From Minisyncoccota bacterium (GTDB lineage: Bacteria > Patescibacteriota > Minisyncoccia > Phycocordibacterales > CAJQIN01): 64,000 nucleotides of DNA. The DNA lies in NCBI GenBank assembly GCA_905478465.1, contig CAJQIN010000009.1, forward strand, positions 2,300-66,299. Reading direction: 5' to 3'. The notes beneath the pieces are model-generated. The model was not told the origin of the DNA and did not search any database. It saw nothing but the letters and a program-made list of their open reading frames with translations. A program made the translations under genes and the position numbers. Of this stretch, positions 55,374 through 64,000 are shown in pieces (the stretch's first letter is position 1; the number at the start of each line of letters is the position of its first letter).

Positions 55374-57401
55374 ATGAGGGATGTTATTAAAAATTTAAAT
55401 TTTAGTCATATGACACTACGAAAAATCGAGGCTACAAAGCTCGTTGCAGGAATTGCGATTCTTGGAATGTTTGCTTTAGCTCTTATTTCTGTAGCACCAA
55501 AGGCACAAGCTCTTTCACAGAGTGAAGTTGATCTTATCTGCACAATCACAAACTGTGATGCTGCAACTAAGACTGCACTTCAAGCACTTGTATCTGGAGG
55601 TACTACAACTTCGTCTTACACATTCACTGCAAACCTTACAACAGGTGCAAACGGTGAAGATGTTCGACAATTACAAATGTTTTTGAATAACAAGGGATAC
55701 ACAGTTGCTGCAACAGGAGCTGGATCAGTTGGAAACGAATCAACATATTTTGGTTCTGCTACAACTGCAGCCCTTGCTAAGTTCCAAGCTGCGCAAGGAA
55801 TTGCACCAGCTGTTGGATACTTCGGCCCAATCACACGAAATGCTGTGAACGGAATGATGACTACAACAACAGGAACTACAACTACAACAACTACTTCAAC
55901 CGGACTTATGGGTGGAGCAGGATCAGTTGACTCATACACAATCATCTCATCACTTTCTAACGAAGAAGTTGGAGAAGGGCAAGATGATGTAGAAGTTGCT
56001 GGACTTGAAATTGAAGTTGACGATGGTTCAGACATCGAGATTACAGCTGTAAAGCTTGTATTTGATGAAGGAACTGCCGGAAGTGATTTCGAGGATTATG
56101 CTTCAGAAGTTTCTATTACCCTTGACGGTGTAGAAGTTGCTCGAGTTGATGCTGATCTATTCACAGACGACAATGATTGGACAAAAACAATCTCACTTGA
56201 TGACGCTGTTATCGAGGAAGGAGAGACTGCTGACCTTATCGTTGCTGTTTCAGGAATCAATAACCTTGATTCAGGAGATGCAGAAGATACATGGACAGTT
56301 GATTTCCGACAAGTTCGATTCAAGGATGCAGACGGGGCTACTGTTTCAGAAGACCCAACAACTGCTGCTCGAACATTCTCATTTGAAGATTTCGCAACTG
56401 CAACAGACGTTGAGTTGAAAATTACTTCAGGTGACGACACAATCAACGATGCGCACGTAATTAACGTTGATTCTTCAGACGATACTGATAAAGTTGAAAT
56501 CTTCTCATTCGAACTAGAAGCAGAAGGAGACTCTGATATCGAGGTTAAGGACCTACCACTTCTATTCACAGTTACAGGAGCTACAGGAGTTGAGGATCTA
56601 ATTAACACTGCATACATCTTCGTTGACGGTGAAGAGATGGGATCAGAATCAATTACTTCAGCAGCTACAACACTAACTCAAGTCTTTGAAGATCTTGATT
56701 TCGTGATTGACGCTGGAGATACTGTAGAAGTTGTCGTAAAGGCAGACTTCAATTCAACATCTGACGATCTTGATGAAGGAGATACTATCTCTGTAGAAAT
56801 TGGAGAAACTCAAACAGACCTTTCTTCATTTGACGCAGAAGATGAGGAAGGAAACAACCTTTCTGATGCCAATAAAACAGGATCAGCTTCATCAGAGGCT
56901 AGTGTTGTTTACGACGCTGGAATCATGGTTACTCTTGTTTCTACATCAGAAACAGTTGCAACTGACGATGGATCAGATGACGATACAGGAACATTTGTTA
57001 TCAAGTTCCTTGTAGAAGCATTTGACGGAACTGTATATATTGCTGATACTTCAGCTGCAACAGTTTCAAGTTCAATTGCTGAAACATCACTTACTGATGC
57101 TAATGGAGTTCTTTACCTTGTAGAGGATTCAGGAACAGCTACAACTGATGATCTTGCTGACCTTCTTACAGAGTCAGGAGATGCTTCACAAGTTGCTAGT
57201 GGTAACTGGGAATTGGAAGATGGTGAATCATCAACCTTCACTCTTACAATTACACAAACAAACGACTCAATTGAGGATGATGGACTATACCGAGCGCTTC
57301 TTAAGTCAATCGGATGGAACACAACAGACTCAGCAACAGTTTACAATGTGTATGACTTTGATCTTGAAGACTTCAAGACAGATCCAATCTCACTTAACTA
57401 G
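55374..57401 (+). CDS. surface protein: N-terminal anchor, peptidoglycan-binding (PG_binding_1-like) domain, Thr-rich linker, long acidic D/E/T-rich region
   Basis: 'GEDVRQLQMFLNNKGY...FGSATTAALAKFQAAQGIAPAVGYFGPITRNAV' matches the PGRP-like PG-binding motif, followed by 'TTTTGTTTTTTTSTG'. The remainder is low-complexity acidic sequence. The gene is noticeably GC-richer. Confidence 0.6.
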   Translation: MRDVIKNLNFSHMTLRKIEATKLVAGIAILGMFALALISVAPKAQALSQSEVDLICTITNCDAATKTALQALVSGGTTTSSYTFTANLTTGANGEDVRQLQMFLNNKGYTVAATGAGSVGNESTYFGSATTAALAKFQAAQGIAPAVGYFGPITRNAVNGMMTTTTGTTTTTTTSTGLMGGAGSVDSYTIISSLSNEEVGEGQDDVEVAGLEIEVDDGSDIEITAVKLVFDEGTAGSDFEDYASEVSITLDGVEVARVDADLFTDDNDWTKTISLDDAVIEEGETADLIVAVSGINNLDSGDAEDTWTVDFRQVRFKDADGATVSEDPTTAARTFSFEDFATATDVELKITSGDDTINDAHVINVDSSDDTDKVEIFSFELEAEGDSDIEVKDLPLLFTVTGATGVEDLINTAYIFVDGEEMGSESITSAATTLTQVFEDLDFVIDAGDTVEVVVKADFNSTSDDLDEGDTISVEIGETQTDLSSFDAEDEEGNNLSDANKTGSASSEASVVYDAGIMVTLVSTSETVATDDGSDDDTGTFVIKFLVEAFDGTVYIADTSAATVSSSIAETSLTDANGVLYLVEDSGTATTDDLADLLTESGDASQVASGNWELEDGESSTFTLTITQTNDSIEDDGLYRALLKSIGWNTTDSATVYNVYDFDLEDFKTDPISLN

Positions 57402-57454
57402 TTCGCTAGTTTCGTAAGACAAGAATGTCTTAAGTTTTCTCGAGAAGAGAAAAA

Positions 57455-57483
57455 CAAAAAACCACCTTCGGGTGGTTTTTTGT
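57455..57483 (+). terminator. rho-independent terminator
   Basis: 'aaaaaaccaccttcgggtggttttttg'. Confidence 0.7.
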
Positions 57484-57538
57484 TGTCTGAGTAATATTTT
57501 TTTGTGCTGTTCTTCCAGGTAGGGTACTATATACGGAT

Positions 57539-59500
57539 ATGGAAAAAAGAACTTGGTTCGGAGTAATTATAGGTATATGTGTAGCTATACTGCCTTTTGT
57601 TATTTCACAAAATATCTTCTATGGAGCAGATGCCGCAAAATATTTTTTTGTTGTAGGAGTAACTTCTATTATGGTGCTATATTTTTGCTACCTTGTATTC
57701 TCTGGAAAACACACTATCCAAGCTGGTGCTAGATGGCTTGTGCTTCTGGGGTCACTTTCTATAGGGGTGTTGTATTTGTCTGCTTTTAAGGGTGTGTATC
57801 CTGCGCAGTCTCTCTTGCCCGACACTCTTAGATCTACCGGAGTCTTTTTTCTTACATACGTAGCACTCTTTGCATTTATTATTAGTGAGTTATTTTCGCG
57901 AGCTGATTGGCAATTTACTCGCAGGGCAGTTGTTTTCTCTGGATTACTTTTTGCTATTTTGACATATTTTGGCGGGGAAGGGGGGTTTGGTATTGGTGGA
58001 AAGTTTGGATATATAAACCTGTCTCAATCTGGATTAACCTTTGCAAACTCTACATTTGCCGGATCTTTTCTTGTTTTGGTATTAATATTTGCTTTGATAG
58101 AATTTTGTTTATCTAATAAAAATACTGAAAGATATATATATGGCATATCTGCTTTAGCTATTTTATTCTCCCCAGTTCTTCTGCATCCTTTTGATTTTTC
58201 TTTGGGACATCCTTTTGGAATACTAGGTTCTGCTAGAGCATCTTCTGCAACGGCATTGGCATTTTTCATATACACAGGAGGTCTTTTGGGTCTGAAGAAG
58301 ATTGCAAAAGAAAAACTGATGATGGTGTGGAGTATTCTTTGGGTGCTGGGTATCATCACCTCTCTTTCTTTATTATTTGTATCTGGCAGTGTTATTCAGC
58401 AAAAATATATAGAAGAATCTGGAAGTGCGCGTATTTTGGTATGGGAACAGTCGTATGATGCTTTCAAGGAAAAACCTGTGTTTGGCTGGGGTCCAGAGAA
58501 TATGTCGCTCGCTCTTGAGGGACATGTTGATAGTAATTTGTATCTAAAAGAAAACGGAGGAGAGGTGTGGTTTGATAGGGCGCATAATGTATTGGTTGAT
58601 TCATTGGTGAGTGTGGGAATATTTGGTGTTCTGGTGTTTCTGCTAACGTTTGTGTACCTTCTTTTTCTTATTGTCCGTTCTGTACAAAAAAGGATTATTG
58701 TAGGAATAGAAGGGTACCTCCTGGGAGCATTTTTTGTAGCACATTTTCTACAATTACAAACTTCTTTTAATATAGCTGGAACGTATGTTCTGTGTGCCTT
58801 AGTATTTGGATATATTCTCTTTTTAGAGAGGCAATCAGTCAAAGAGAGGGTTCTAGCTACTGTGTATGCACGTGCTATCGCCGGAGTTCTTACTCTTTTG
58901 GTACTTGTAGCTTCTCAGAGCTTATTTTTTGGAGAATATGCCCGCAAACATGCACTGTTTGATATATTCACAACGAAAGACCCCGTGCAACAAGAGAAGC
59001 TTATTGTGCGAGCACTATCTGAGCCAGCAGACTTTGAGGCGATACGCCTGTCTTCCATGTCTCTTATTAAAGGTCTTCTTTCTCAAATTGAAGGTGATCC
59101 GCAAGAGGCAGGAAAGATTGTTTCGTTAGGTCTTTCGCAGCTAGATCTTTATGAAAATGCTTACCAGGCTGCTATTGAAGCACGCCCAAATGATTATCGT
59201 ATCCGAATGAATTATGCGTACCTGCTTATTATTGAAACGACTTTAGGGAATAACAAACTGACTGAAGCAAAACAAATACTGGATTATTCATACAAACTTT
59301 CTCCACAGAGTCCTATTACTCCGACGCTTGATTCTATTGTTGAATTGTATAGTGGAAATATCACTGGAGCAAAAGAGAAAATAGAGGAGGCTTTGAATTT
59401 GAATTCTGAAGTTCCTTTTGTTCAAGAGGTACAGGTGTATCTTCTTGAACAGGAGAAAAACTTTCCAAATATTACGGTTATTAAACTTCAGAATCTGTAG
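57539..59500 (+). CDS. O-antigen ligase/polymerase-like (Wzy_C) polytopic membrane protein with C-terminal TPR-like domain
   Basis: About 12 TM helices with a large loop '...VWEQSYDAFKEKPVFGWGPENMS', reminiscent of the Wzy_C/WaaL/PglL family. C-terminal ~200 aa is soluble and helical (TPR-like). Confidence 0.5.
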   Translation: MEKRTWFGVIIGICVAILPFVISQNIFYGADAAKYFFVVGVTSIMVLYFCYLVFSGKHTIQAGARWLVLLGSLSIGVLYLSAFKGVYPAQSLLPDTLRSTGVFFLTYVALFAFIISELFSRADWQFTRRAVVFSGLLFAILTYFGGEGGFGIGGKFGYINLSQSGLTFANSTFAGSFLVLVLIFALIEFCLSNKNTERYIYGISALAILFSPVLLHPFDFSLGHPFGILGSARASSATALAFFIYTGGLLGLKKIAKEKLMMVWSILWVLGIITSLSLLFVSGSVIQQKYIEESGSARILVWEQSYDAFKEKPVFGWGPENMSLALEGHVDSNLYLKENGGEVWFDRAHNVLVDSLVSVGIFGVLVFLLTFVYLLFLIVRSVQKRIIVGIEGYLLGAFFVAHFLQLQTSFNIAGTYVLCALVFGYILFLERQSVKERVLATVYARAIAGVLTLLVLVASQSLFFGEYARKHALFDIFTTKDPVQQEKLIVRALSEPADFEAIRLSSMSLIKGLLSQIEGDPQEAGKIVSLGLSQLDLYENAYQAAIEARPNDYRIRMNYAYLLIIETTLGNNKLTEAKQILDYSYKLSPQSPITPTLDSIVELYSGNITGAKEKIEEALNLNSEVPFVQEVQVYLLEQEKNFPNITVIKLQNL

Positions 59501-59663
59501 TATATTGTATTTATGTTTGATAGAACTTTTTTCCGGCTTCTGTTCAGATTTTTTTTGATAATTGTTATTAGTTTGATAATTATTTTAATCGCTAGTATTT
59601 TTGCAAGATTTTCTAAATAAAAACACACCTTTTTAGGGGTGTGTGGGATGATATCTCGCATAT

Positions 59664-59951
59664 TTAATTATAAATAATACGTTTGATATCTTTTAATTTG
59701 AGGCTTCCTTCGGGCACTACCCATAGGCTGTAGTCCGCTATTGTTGCCAGTTTTTTGCAGTTTTCAAGAATATCTCTATCTGTGATACAAAATCCTTTTA
59801 ACGGTTTTTTTGTTGTAAGACCTTGTAAAACAAAAACAAGCTGGAGATTAACTTCCCGAAGTATAGCAAGGGGTATTTTCTCTTCGTCCCCGATAAATCG
59901 AACCCCTAAACCATTTGTAACCTGATCTAGGTTGGTGACACTTTGACACAT
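59664..59951 (-). CDS. hypothetical protein
   Basis: 95-aa ORF divergent from the rplJ leader. No recognisable homology. Confidence 0.3.
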   Translation of the reverse strand: MCQSVTNLDQVTNGLGVRFIGDEEKIPLAILREVNLQLVFVLQGLTTKKPLKGFCITDRDILENCKKLATIADYSLWVVPEGSLKLKDIKRIIYN

Positions 59952-59959
59952 TTTTTGCC

Positions 59960-60221
59960 CCTATCTATAAAGAACCCTTTTTTCTTCGATCACGTCCATG
60001 TGTCGAACCTATGCTTATTAAAGCACCTATCGACCCTGAAGTCAAATATGAGTCTTTACATTATTTTTTAAATCTGTATACTTCTTCTTCATAAGGTCAA
60101 AGACAGTAGGCGTTTATAAGTCCTACCGAGACTACAAGTAACTACTTGACCTTATACACTAAAAGGTCGAATATAAAAATAAGAAATACAGTATTTTATA
60201 TTGTATTTATAACAATTATTT
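59960..60221 (+). promoter_or_regulatory. candidate rplJ (L10) leader / autoregulatory 5'UTR
   Basis: Long untranslated leader with a hairpin 'aaggtcaaagacagtaggcg...ctacttgacctt' upstream of rplJ. L10-L12 operons are commonly regulated by L10(L12)4 binding to a structured leader. Confidence 0.35.
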
Positions 60222-60722
60222 ATGGCACTTACAAAATCAAAAAAGAAGGAGGTTATCGATACTCTAAAGAGTGCTGTTGCATCTGCAACTTCTCTTGTAT
60301 TTGTAAACTTCCACGGAATCAACGTTGAAAATGTGAACGCATTTCGTCGACAGCTTCATGAGAACGGAGTGAAATATCTTGTTTCAAAAAAGACTCTTGC
60401 ACAAAGAGCATTAAGTGAGTCTTCGCTTGAAGGGGATATTCCTGTTCTTGAAGGAGAGCTCGGTATTGCGTACTCTACTGGAGATATGACGGTTCCTGCA
60501 CGAGAGGTCTTTGGTTTCCAAAAGAAACTAAAAGGAGTTGTCTCTATTATAGGAGGAGTATTTGAAGGGAAGCTAATGGATAAAGAGCAGATGACTGAAA
60601 TTGCTCAGATTCCAGATATGCATACTCTTCAGGCTCAGTTTGTGAATGTTATTAATTCACCTATTCAAGGTCTTGCAGTGGTGTTAAATGCAATCGCAGA
60701 GTCTAAAGAACAAAAAGTTTAA
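60222..60722 (+). CDS. rplJ: 50S ribosomal protein L10
   Basis: L10 family sequence. Precedes rplL. Confidence 0.9.
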   Translation: MALTKSKKKEVIDTLKSAVASATSLVFVNFHGINVENVNAFRRQLHENGVKYLVSKKTLAQRALSESSLEGDIPVLEGELGIAYSTGDMTVPAREVFGFQKKLKGVVSIIGGVFEGKLMDKEQMTEIAQIPDMHTLQAQFVNVINSPIQGLAVVLNAIAESKEQKV

Positions 60723-60767
60723 TTTGTTCTTGGAAATTATATTATTTAAAAACAATAAAAAATTATT

Positions 60768-61232
60768 ATGTCAGAAGAAATAAAGAAAGAGGAGCAGGCT
60801 ACACCTGTTGAGGAGACAAAGACAGAAGCAACACCTGCTGAAGCAGTGGTTGAAGAAGTTGAAGTTCCTGCAAAGTTTAAAACAATCGTTGAGGCAATTG
60901 AAAAAATGTCAGTTATGGAGCTACATGAGCTTGTGAAGCTTTTTGAGAATAAGTTCGGAGTATCAGCTGCAGCAGTTGCTGTTGCTGGACCTGCTGCTGG
61001 AGGTGAAGAGGCGGAAGAAAAAGATTCATTTAATGTTGAACTTTCTGATGCTGGAGCACAAAAAATTGCTGTTATTAAGGTAGTGAAAGCTGCTCTTGGT
61101 CTTGGCCTAAAAGAAGCAAAGGATCTTATTGACGGAGTACCTTCAATGCTTAAAGAAGGAATGAAGAAAGCCGAGGCTGAAGATCTAAAGAAACAAATCG
61201 AAGAAGCTGGAGGAAAGGTAGAATTGAAATAA
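60768..61232 (+). CDS. rplL: 50S ribosomal protein L7/L12
   Basis: Ala-rich hinge '[18 protein letters not shown]', and a C-terminal '[25 protein letters not shown]...EAGGKVELK'. Confidence 0.95.
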   Translation: MSEEIKKEEQATPVEETKTEATPAEAVVEEVEVPAKFKTIVEAIEKMSVMELHELVKLFENKFGVSAAAVAVAGPAAGGEEAEEKDSFNVELSDAGAQKIAVIKVVKAALGLGLKEAKDLIDGVPSMLKEGMKKAEAEDLKKQIEEAGGKVELK

Positions 61233-61260
61233 GTATTTCAATAAAATCTTATCTAAAAAT

Positions 61261-61294
61261 AAAACACCGTGTGCGAAAGCACATGGTGTTTTTG
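61261..61294 (+). terminator. rho-independent terminator after rplL
   Basis: 'aaaacaccgtgtgcgaaagcacatggtgtttttg'. Confidence 0.65.
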
Positions 61295-61307
61295 TATGAA
61301 TACTTGG

Positions 61308-61892
61308 TTAAGAAAAGAACCTTTTGAAGAGTAGTTGTATTAGATATACGGGCATCTTGTAAAATATTTCTTGGAACCACTCTTTTTTGCTAAAAGCATG
61401 ATCTGCTTTTATGAGATGTAGTTTCCAGTGTTGTGGCTTTCTTAGAATCTTCCAGCAAAGCCATACTCTTCCAAAAAGATGTCCTGGATTTGAGGAAATG
61501 TAAATATGTACCTCTTCACCTGGAGATGTTTCTTCGATTCCTTGGATACGATCAATGGCGTACTCAATTTCTGCCATAGTTCCCCAAACATGATGTTCAC
61601 AATGTGCAAAAAAAAGTTTTTTGTACTCTGGATAGTGCGAAGACATGTACTCTCTTATTTGTGTTGCAAGAGATTCTTGTTTAGGGTCTTTTGTCCCAGC
61701 ACTTGAAATTATGCTACAGGAAACCTCTTTTCCTAGTGTCTCGAGTACTGCGGAAATACGTTTTTCTGTGCCTCCGTTATTACGTGGTTTTTCTGAAATA
61801 TAATTATAGGCTAAGATTACTGTGTATACGTGCGTCGTGGACATTCCAGCCTCTCTTTCTTTGTTAAGGTTTCTGGTAAGAATAATGAACAT
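61308..61892 (-). CDS. hypothetical protein (possibly DUF218/YdcF-like)
   Basis: 194 aa. Weak resemblance to the DUF218 core ('..IYISSNPGHLFGRVWL..'). Low certainty. Confidence 0.3.
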   Translation of the reverse strand: MFIILTRNLNKEREAGMSTTHVYTVILAYNYISEKPRNNGGTEKRISAVLETLGKEVSCSIISSAGTKDPKQESLATQIREYMSSHYPEYKKLFFAHCEHHVWGTMAEIEYAIDRIQGIEETSPGEEVHIYISSNPGHLFGRVWLCWKILRKPQHWKLHLIKADHAFSKKEWFQEIFYKMPVYLIQLLFKRFFS

Positions 61893-61945
61893 TTGTGAGA
61901 AAATGTCAATAATTTTATCTTTATCTTAGTGGTATAATATTATGT

Positions 61946-62530
61946 ATGAAATCTATGGAAGTTTTAGAAAAAATATTTGGTAATGCAACGAAGGTTAAAA
62001 TCATGAGACTTTTTCTTTTTAATCAGGAAGAATCTTTTAATATGGATGATATCGTGGAGCGCACAAAAGTCTCTAGAGATAAGGTTAGAAAGGAGGTGAA
62101 TGTACTTGAGAAAATTCACTTAATAAAGAAATCTCGTCGAAGTAAAAAACCAACATGGTCACTTAATGCAAAGTTTTCTTATATAAAACCTTTGCGAGAA
62201 TTTCTTGTTGAAATGGCTCCTTTGAAACATCGTGATATTTTAGATAGGGTTAAGAATACAGGACAAATAAAGCTAATTGTTTTAGCGGGACTCTTCATAC
62301 AAGACCCCGATAGTCGTCTTGATATGCTTGTGGTGGGGGATAAACTAAATGAAAAAGTTCTTGATTCTGTAGTACGTAACATGGAAGCGGAGATTGGTAG
62401 AGAATTAGAGTACGCCTTTTTTGATACAGGAGATTTTGAATATCGCTTAAGTATGTATGATAAGTTGATTCGAGATGTCTTAGATTATCCACATGAGATA
62501 GTTGTGAATAAGATAGAAGACTTATCTTAG
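61946..62530 (+). CDS. hypothetical protein with N-terminal winged-HTH
   Basis: N-terminal 'KVKIMRLFLFNQEESFNMDDIVERTKVSRDKVRKEVNVLEKIHLIKK' is wHTH-like. Confidence 0.4.
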   Translation: MKSMEVLEKIFGNATKVKIMRLFLFNQEESFNMDDIVERTKVSRDKVRKEVNVLEKIHLIKKSRRSKKPTWSLNAKFSYIKPLREFLVEMAPLKHRDILDRVKNTGQIKLIVLAGLFIQDPDSRLDMLVVGDKLNEKVLDSVVRNMEAEIGRELEYAFFDTGDFEYRLSMYDKLIRDVLDYPHEIVVNKIEDLS

Positions 62531-62765
62531 GTACTCTGTGGTAATATATAAGTAGGGTTGATCCTTGTGTAAGTTTGTTGTTTGCTGCTTCTGAACAGAA
62601 TGTGTGTACAGATGCTGAGCCGATGACTCTTTATTAGTAACGTACTTGTGTTTATCGAGTGAGGAACTAATAAAGGGTATATGCTCTGTGGCAAACAAGC
62701 TCTATGTGAGTTTAACTTGTCTTTAAGGGTTTTACCTTTATTAGTTATTTTAATAAATATTATAT

Positions 62766-63455
62766 ATGCCAGTAAATACATGGAGTGAGGTCCTTCTTGG
62801 ATCTTTCAATGATCTTTGGTCAGGAATTCTTTTGTACCTACCAAATCTTGTTGTGGCTCTTGTTATCCTTATTGTAGGGTTAATCATCGGAGCACTATTT
62901 GGACGAGTTGTATCACAACTTTTCAAATCATTAAAAATTGACGGCGCACTTGAAAAAGCGGGAGTGTCAGAGGTTCTTGAAAAAGCAGGAGTACCTCTTA
63001 ATTCAGGGGCATTTGTTGGGGCACTTGTAAAATGGTTCTTCATCATCGTCTTCTTGGTTGCAGCATTTGATGTTCTTGGGCTTTCACAAGTAAACGTCTT
63101 TCTACAACAAGTAGTACTTTCATATCTACCACAGGTAATCGTTGCAGCACTTGTTCTTGTTGTTGCTGGAGTACTTGGGGATATTACTAAGCGCGTTGTG
63201 ACAGGTTCAGTAAAAGCTGCTGGATTTGGACATTCAAATGCTGCTGGAAGTATTTCAAAATGGTCAATCTGGATTTTCGGTCTTCTTGTTGCACTTAGTC
63301 AACTTGGTATTGGTGCCGCATTCATTCAGACACTTTTCACAGGTGTTATCGTTGCACTTGCTCTTGCATTAGGACTTTCATTCGGTCTTGGAGGACAAGA
63401 AGCTGCATCACGATTCATTGAAAAAACACGAAAAGAAATCGAGAATAAGGACTAG
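62766..63455 (+). CDS. polytopic membrane protein with repeated 'conserved TM helix' segments
   Basis: 229 aa with several Gly/Ala-rich TM helices and a repeated 'LEKAGVSEVLEKAGVPL' segment. Confidence 0.45.
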   Translation: MPVNTWSEVLLGSFNDLWSGILLYLPNLVVALVILIVGLIIGALFGRVVSQLFKSLKIDGALEKAGVSEVLEKAGVPLNSGAFVGALVKWFFIIVFLVAAFDVLGLSQVNVFLQQVVLSYLPQVIVAALVLVVAGVLGDITKRVVTGSVKAAGFGHSNAAGSISKWSIWIFGLLVALSQLGIGAAFIQTLFTGVIVALALALGLSFGLGGQEAASRFIEKTRKEIENKD

Positions 63456-63477
63456 GTCTCTAGTTCGTTTTTTGTAG

Positions 63478-63520
63478 ACAAAAACACCCCGTATTTTTAG
63501 GAATACAGGGTGTTTTTTGA
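63478..63520 (+). terminator. rho-independent terminator
   Basis: 'aaacaccccgtatttttaggaatacagggtgttttttg' is an imperfect hairpin followed by a T-run. Confidence 0.5.
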
Positions 63521-63580
63521 TATTTTTGGTGTGAGCGTGTTTATGTAGGTTTAAATCATGTTTTCCCTAAAAAATGTGTT

Positions 63581-63615
63581 GACATTGAAAGGTTTGTGCG
63601 TATACTTGTATTCAC
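63581..63615 (+). promoter_or_regulatory. strong sigma70-type promoter upstream of 23S rRNA
   Basis: 'ttgacattgaaaggtttgtgcgtatact' (TTGACA-16-TATACT). Confidence 0.55.
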
Positions 63616-63831
63616 GTGTCTATGTATGAGAATCAAAGGTTATTATAGATTACAAGAGTAACTGTTGGGGTCGCCTTGTATGTCTATGCGCACAGAAGCG
63701 GACTTTTTGTTTTCTGTAGGCAAGAACTTTGACAATTTAATCGTTGTGATTCTACACAACAGAATACAGATAAAAAGAGGTAACACATCACGTAATGTGA
63801 TGTATTATCACCGAGAGAAAATAAAACTAAG

Positions 63832-64000
63832 ATAAGCGGTTTTTAAATTTCCTAATAGGAAATTAAGAGCATATGGTGGATGCCTAGACTCTAAAAGACG
63901 ATGAAGGACGTGGCATGGCTGCGATAAGCTTCGGGGAAGTGCCTAGCAACTTTTGATCCGAAGATGTCCGAATGGGGAAACCCTCCTGTTTTTTAACAGG
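63832..64000 (+). rRNA. rrl: 23S ribosomal RNA, 5' end (partial, continues beyond window)
   Basis: '...atggtggatgcctagac...gatgaaggacgtgg...gcgataagcttcgggga...ttgatccgaagatgtccgaatggggaaaccc' matches the universally conserved 23S 5' domain (GGTGGATGCCTTGGC / GATGAAGGACG / CCGAATGGGGAAACC). Confidence 0.85.

Noticed and set aside
55616-56617. Minus-strand ORFs of 139 and 173 aa inside the acidic surface-protein gene
   Set aside because: They are antisense shadow ORFs produced by the repetitive GA(T/C)-rich coding strand, with S/T/V-rich nonsense composition.
62531-62765. 235-bp intergenic segment with local inverted repeats as a second ncRNA
   Set aside because: No promoter/terminator pair and no convincing extended stem structure were found. 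It is probably just the promoter region of the downstream membrane-protein gene.
1-64000. Integrases, transposases, IS inverted repeats, prophage or conjugative genes
   Set aside because: None of the ORF products shows recombinase (tyrosine/serine/DDE) motifs, and no terminal inverted repeat pairs were found. No mobile element can be supported.

Overview
This window looks like a low-GC (roughly 37-40 % by eye), gene-dense bacterial chromosome segment. Its overall flavour is consistent with a reduced-genome, Patescibacteria/CPR-like organism, but that assignment is inference only. Supporting traits are many aminoacyl-tRNA synthetases, type IV pilus genes, numerous small membrane proteins of unknown function, a type-2 (eukaryote-like) IleRS, and a 23S rRNA gene that starts directly after a promoter with no 16S upstream.

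Recognisable content, in order:
- pilN-pilM, a tRNA-binding Trbp111-like protein, and ruvX (all minus strand).
- A truncated copy of a downstream membrane-protein gene, then a frameshifted amidohydrolase.
- A divergent HisRS paralogue directly upstream of canonical hisS.
- tRNA-Ser, tRNA-Arg, tRNA-Val, tRNA-Leu and tRNA-His.
- A secreted SNase-type nuclease convergent with a type IV pilin.
- Acylphosphatase, an RluA-family pseudouridine synthase, rplS, a PduO-type adenosyltransferase, and a Nudix hydrolase.
- A ~1.8 kb block of orphan genes, then mscL and an ECF sigma / anti-sigma pair.
- A large thymidylate/folate one-carbon cluster: folD, an HldE-like nucleotidyltransferase, an N-terminally extended dCMP deaminase, two GalT-like HIT proteins, folA, a divergent thyA, glyA, dut and a DUF1653 protein. 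secE-nusG-rplK is embedded in it.
- argS, ileS, recO, glyQS, an M16 peptidase, an AI-2E transporter, metG, an ATP-grasp protein and tatD.
- A promoter/terminator-bounded GC-rich candidate ncRNA.
- rpsF-ssb-rpsR, efp, recA, ftsK.
- A surface protein with a peptidoglycan-binding domain plus acidic repeats, a Wzy_C/TPR membrane protein, and rplJ-rplL.
- The 5' end of 23S rRNA.

The most unusual observation is an approximately 195-aa histidine-phosphatase (RHG/PGAM/SixA-like) domain inserted in-frame inside the catalytic core of IleRS. The HisRS-like paralogue, the nucleotide-metabolism supercluster with a divergent ThyA, the repeat-containing region after tRNA-His and the unclassified structured RNA locus also deserve follow-up. 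No CRISPR array, integrase or transposase was seen.
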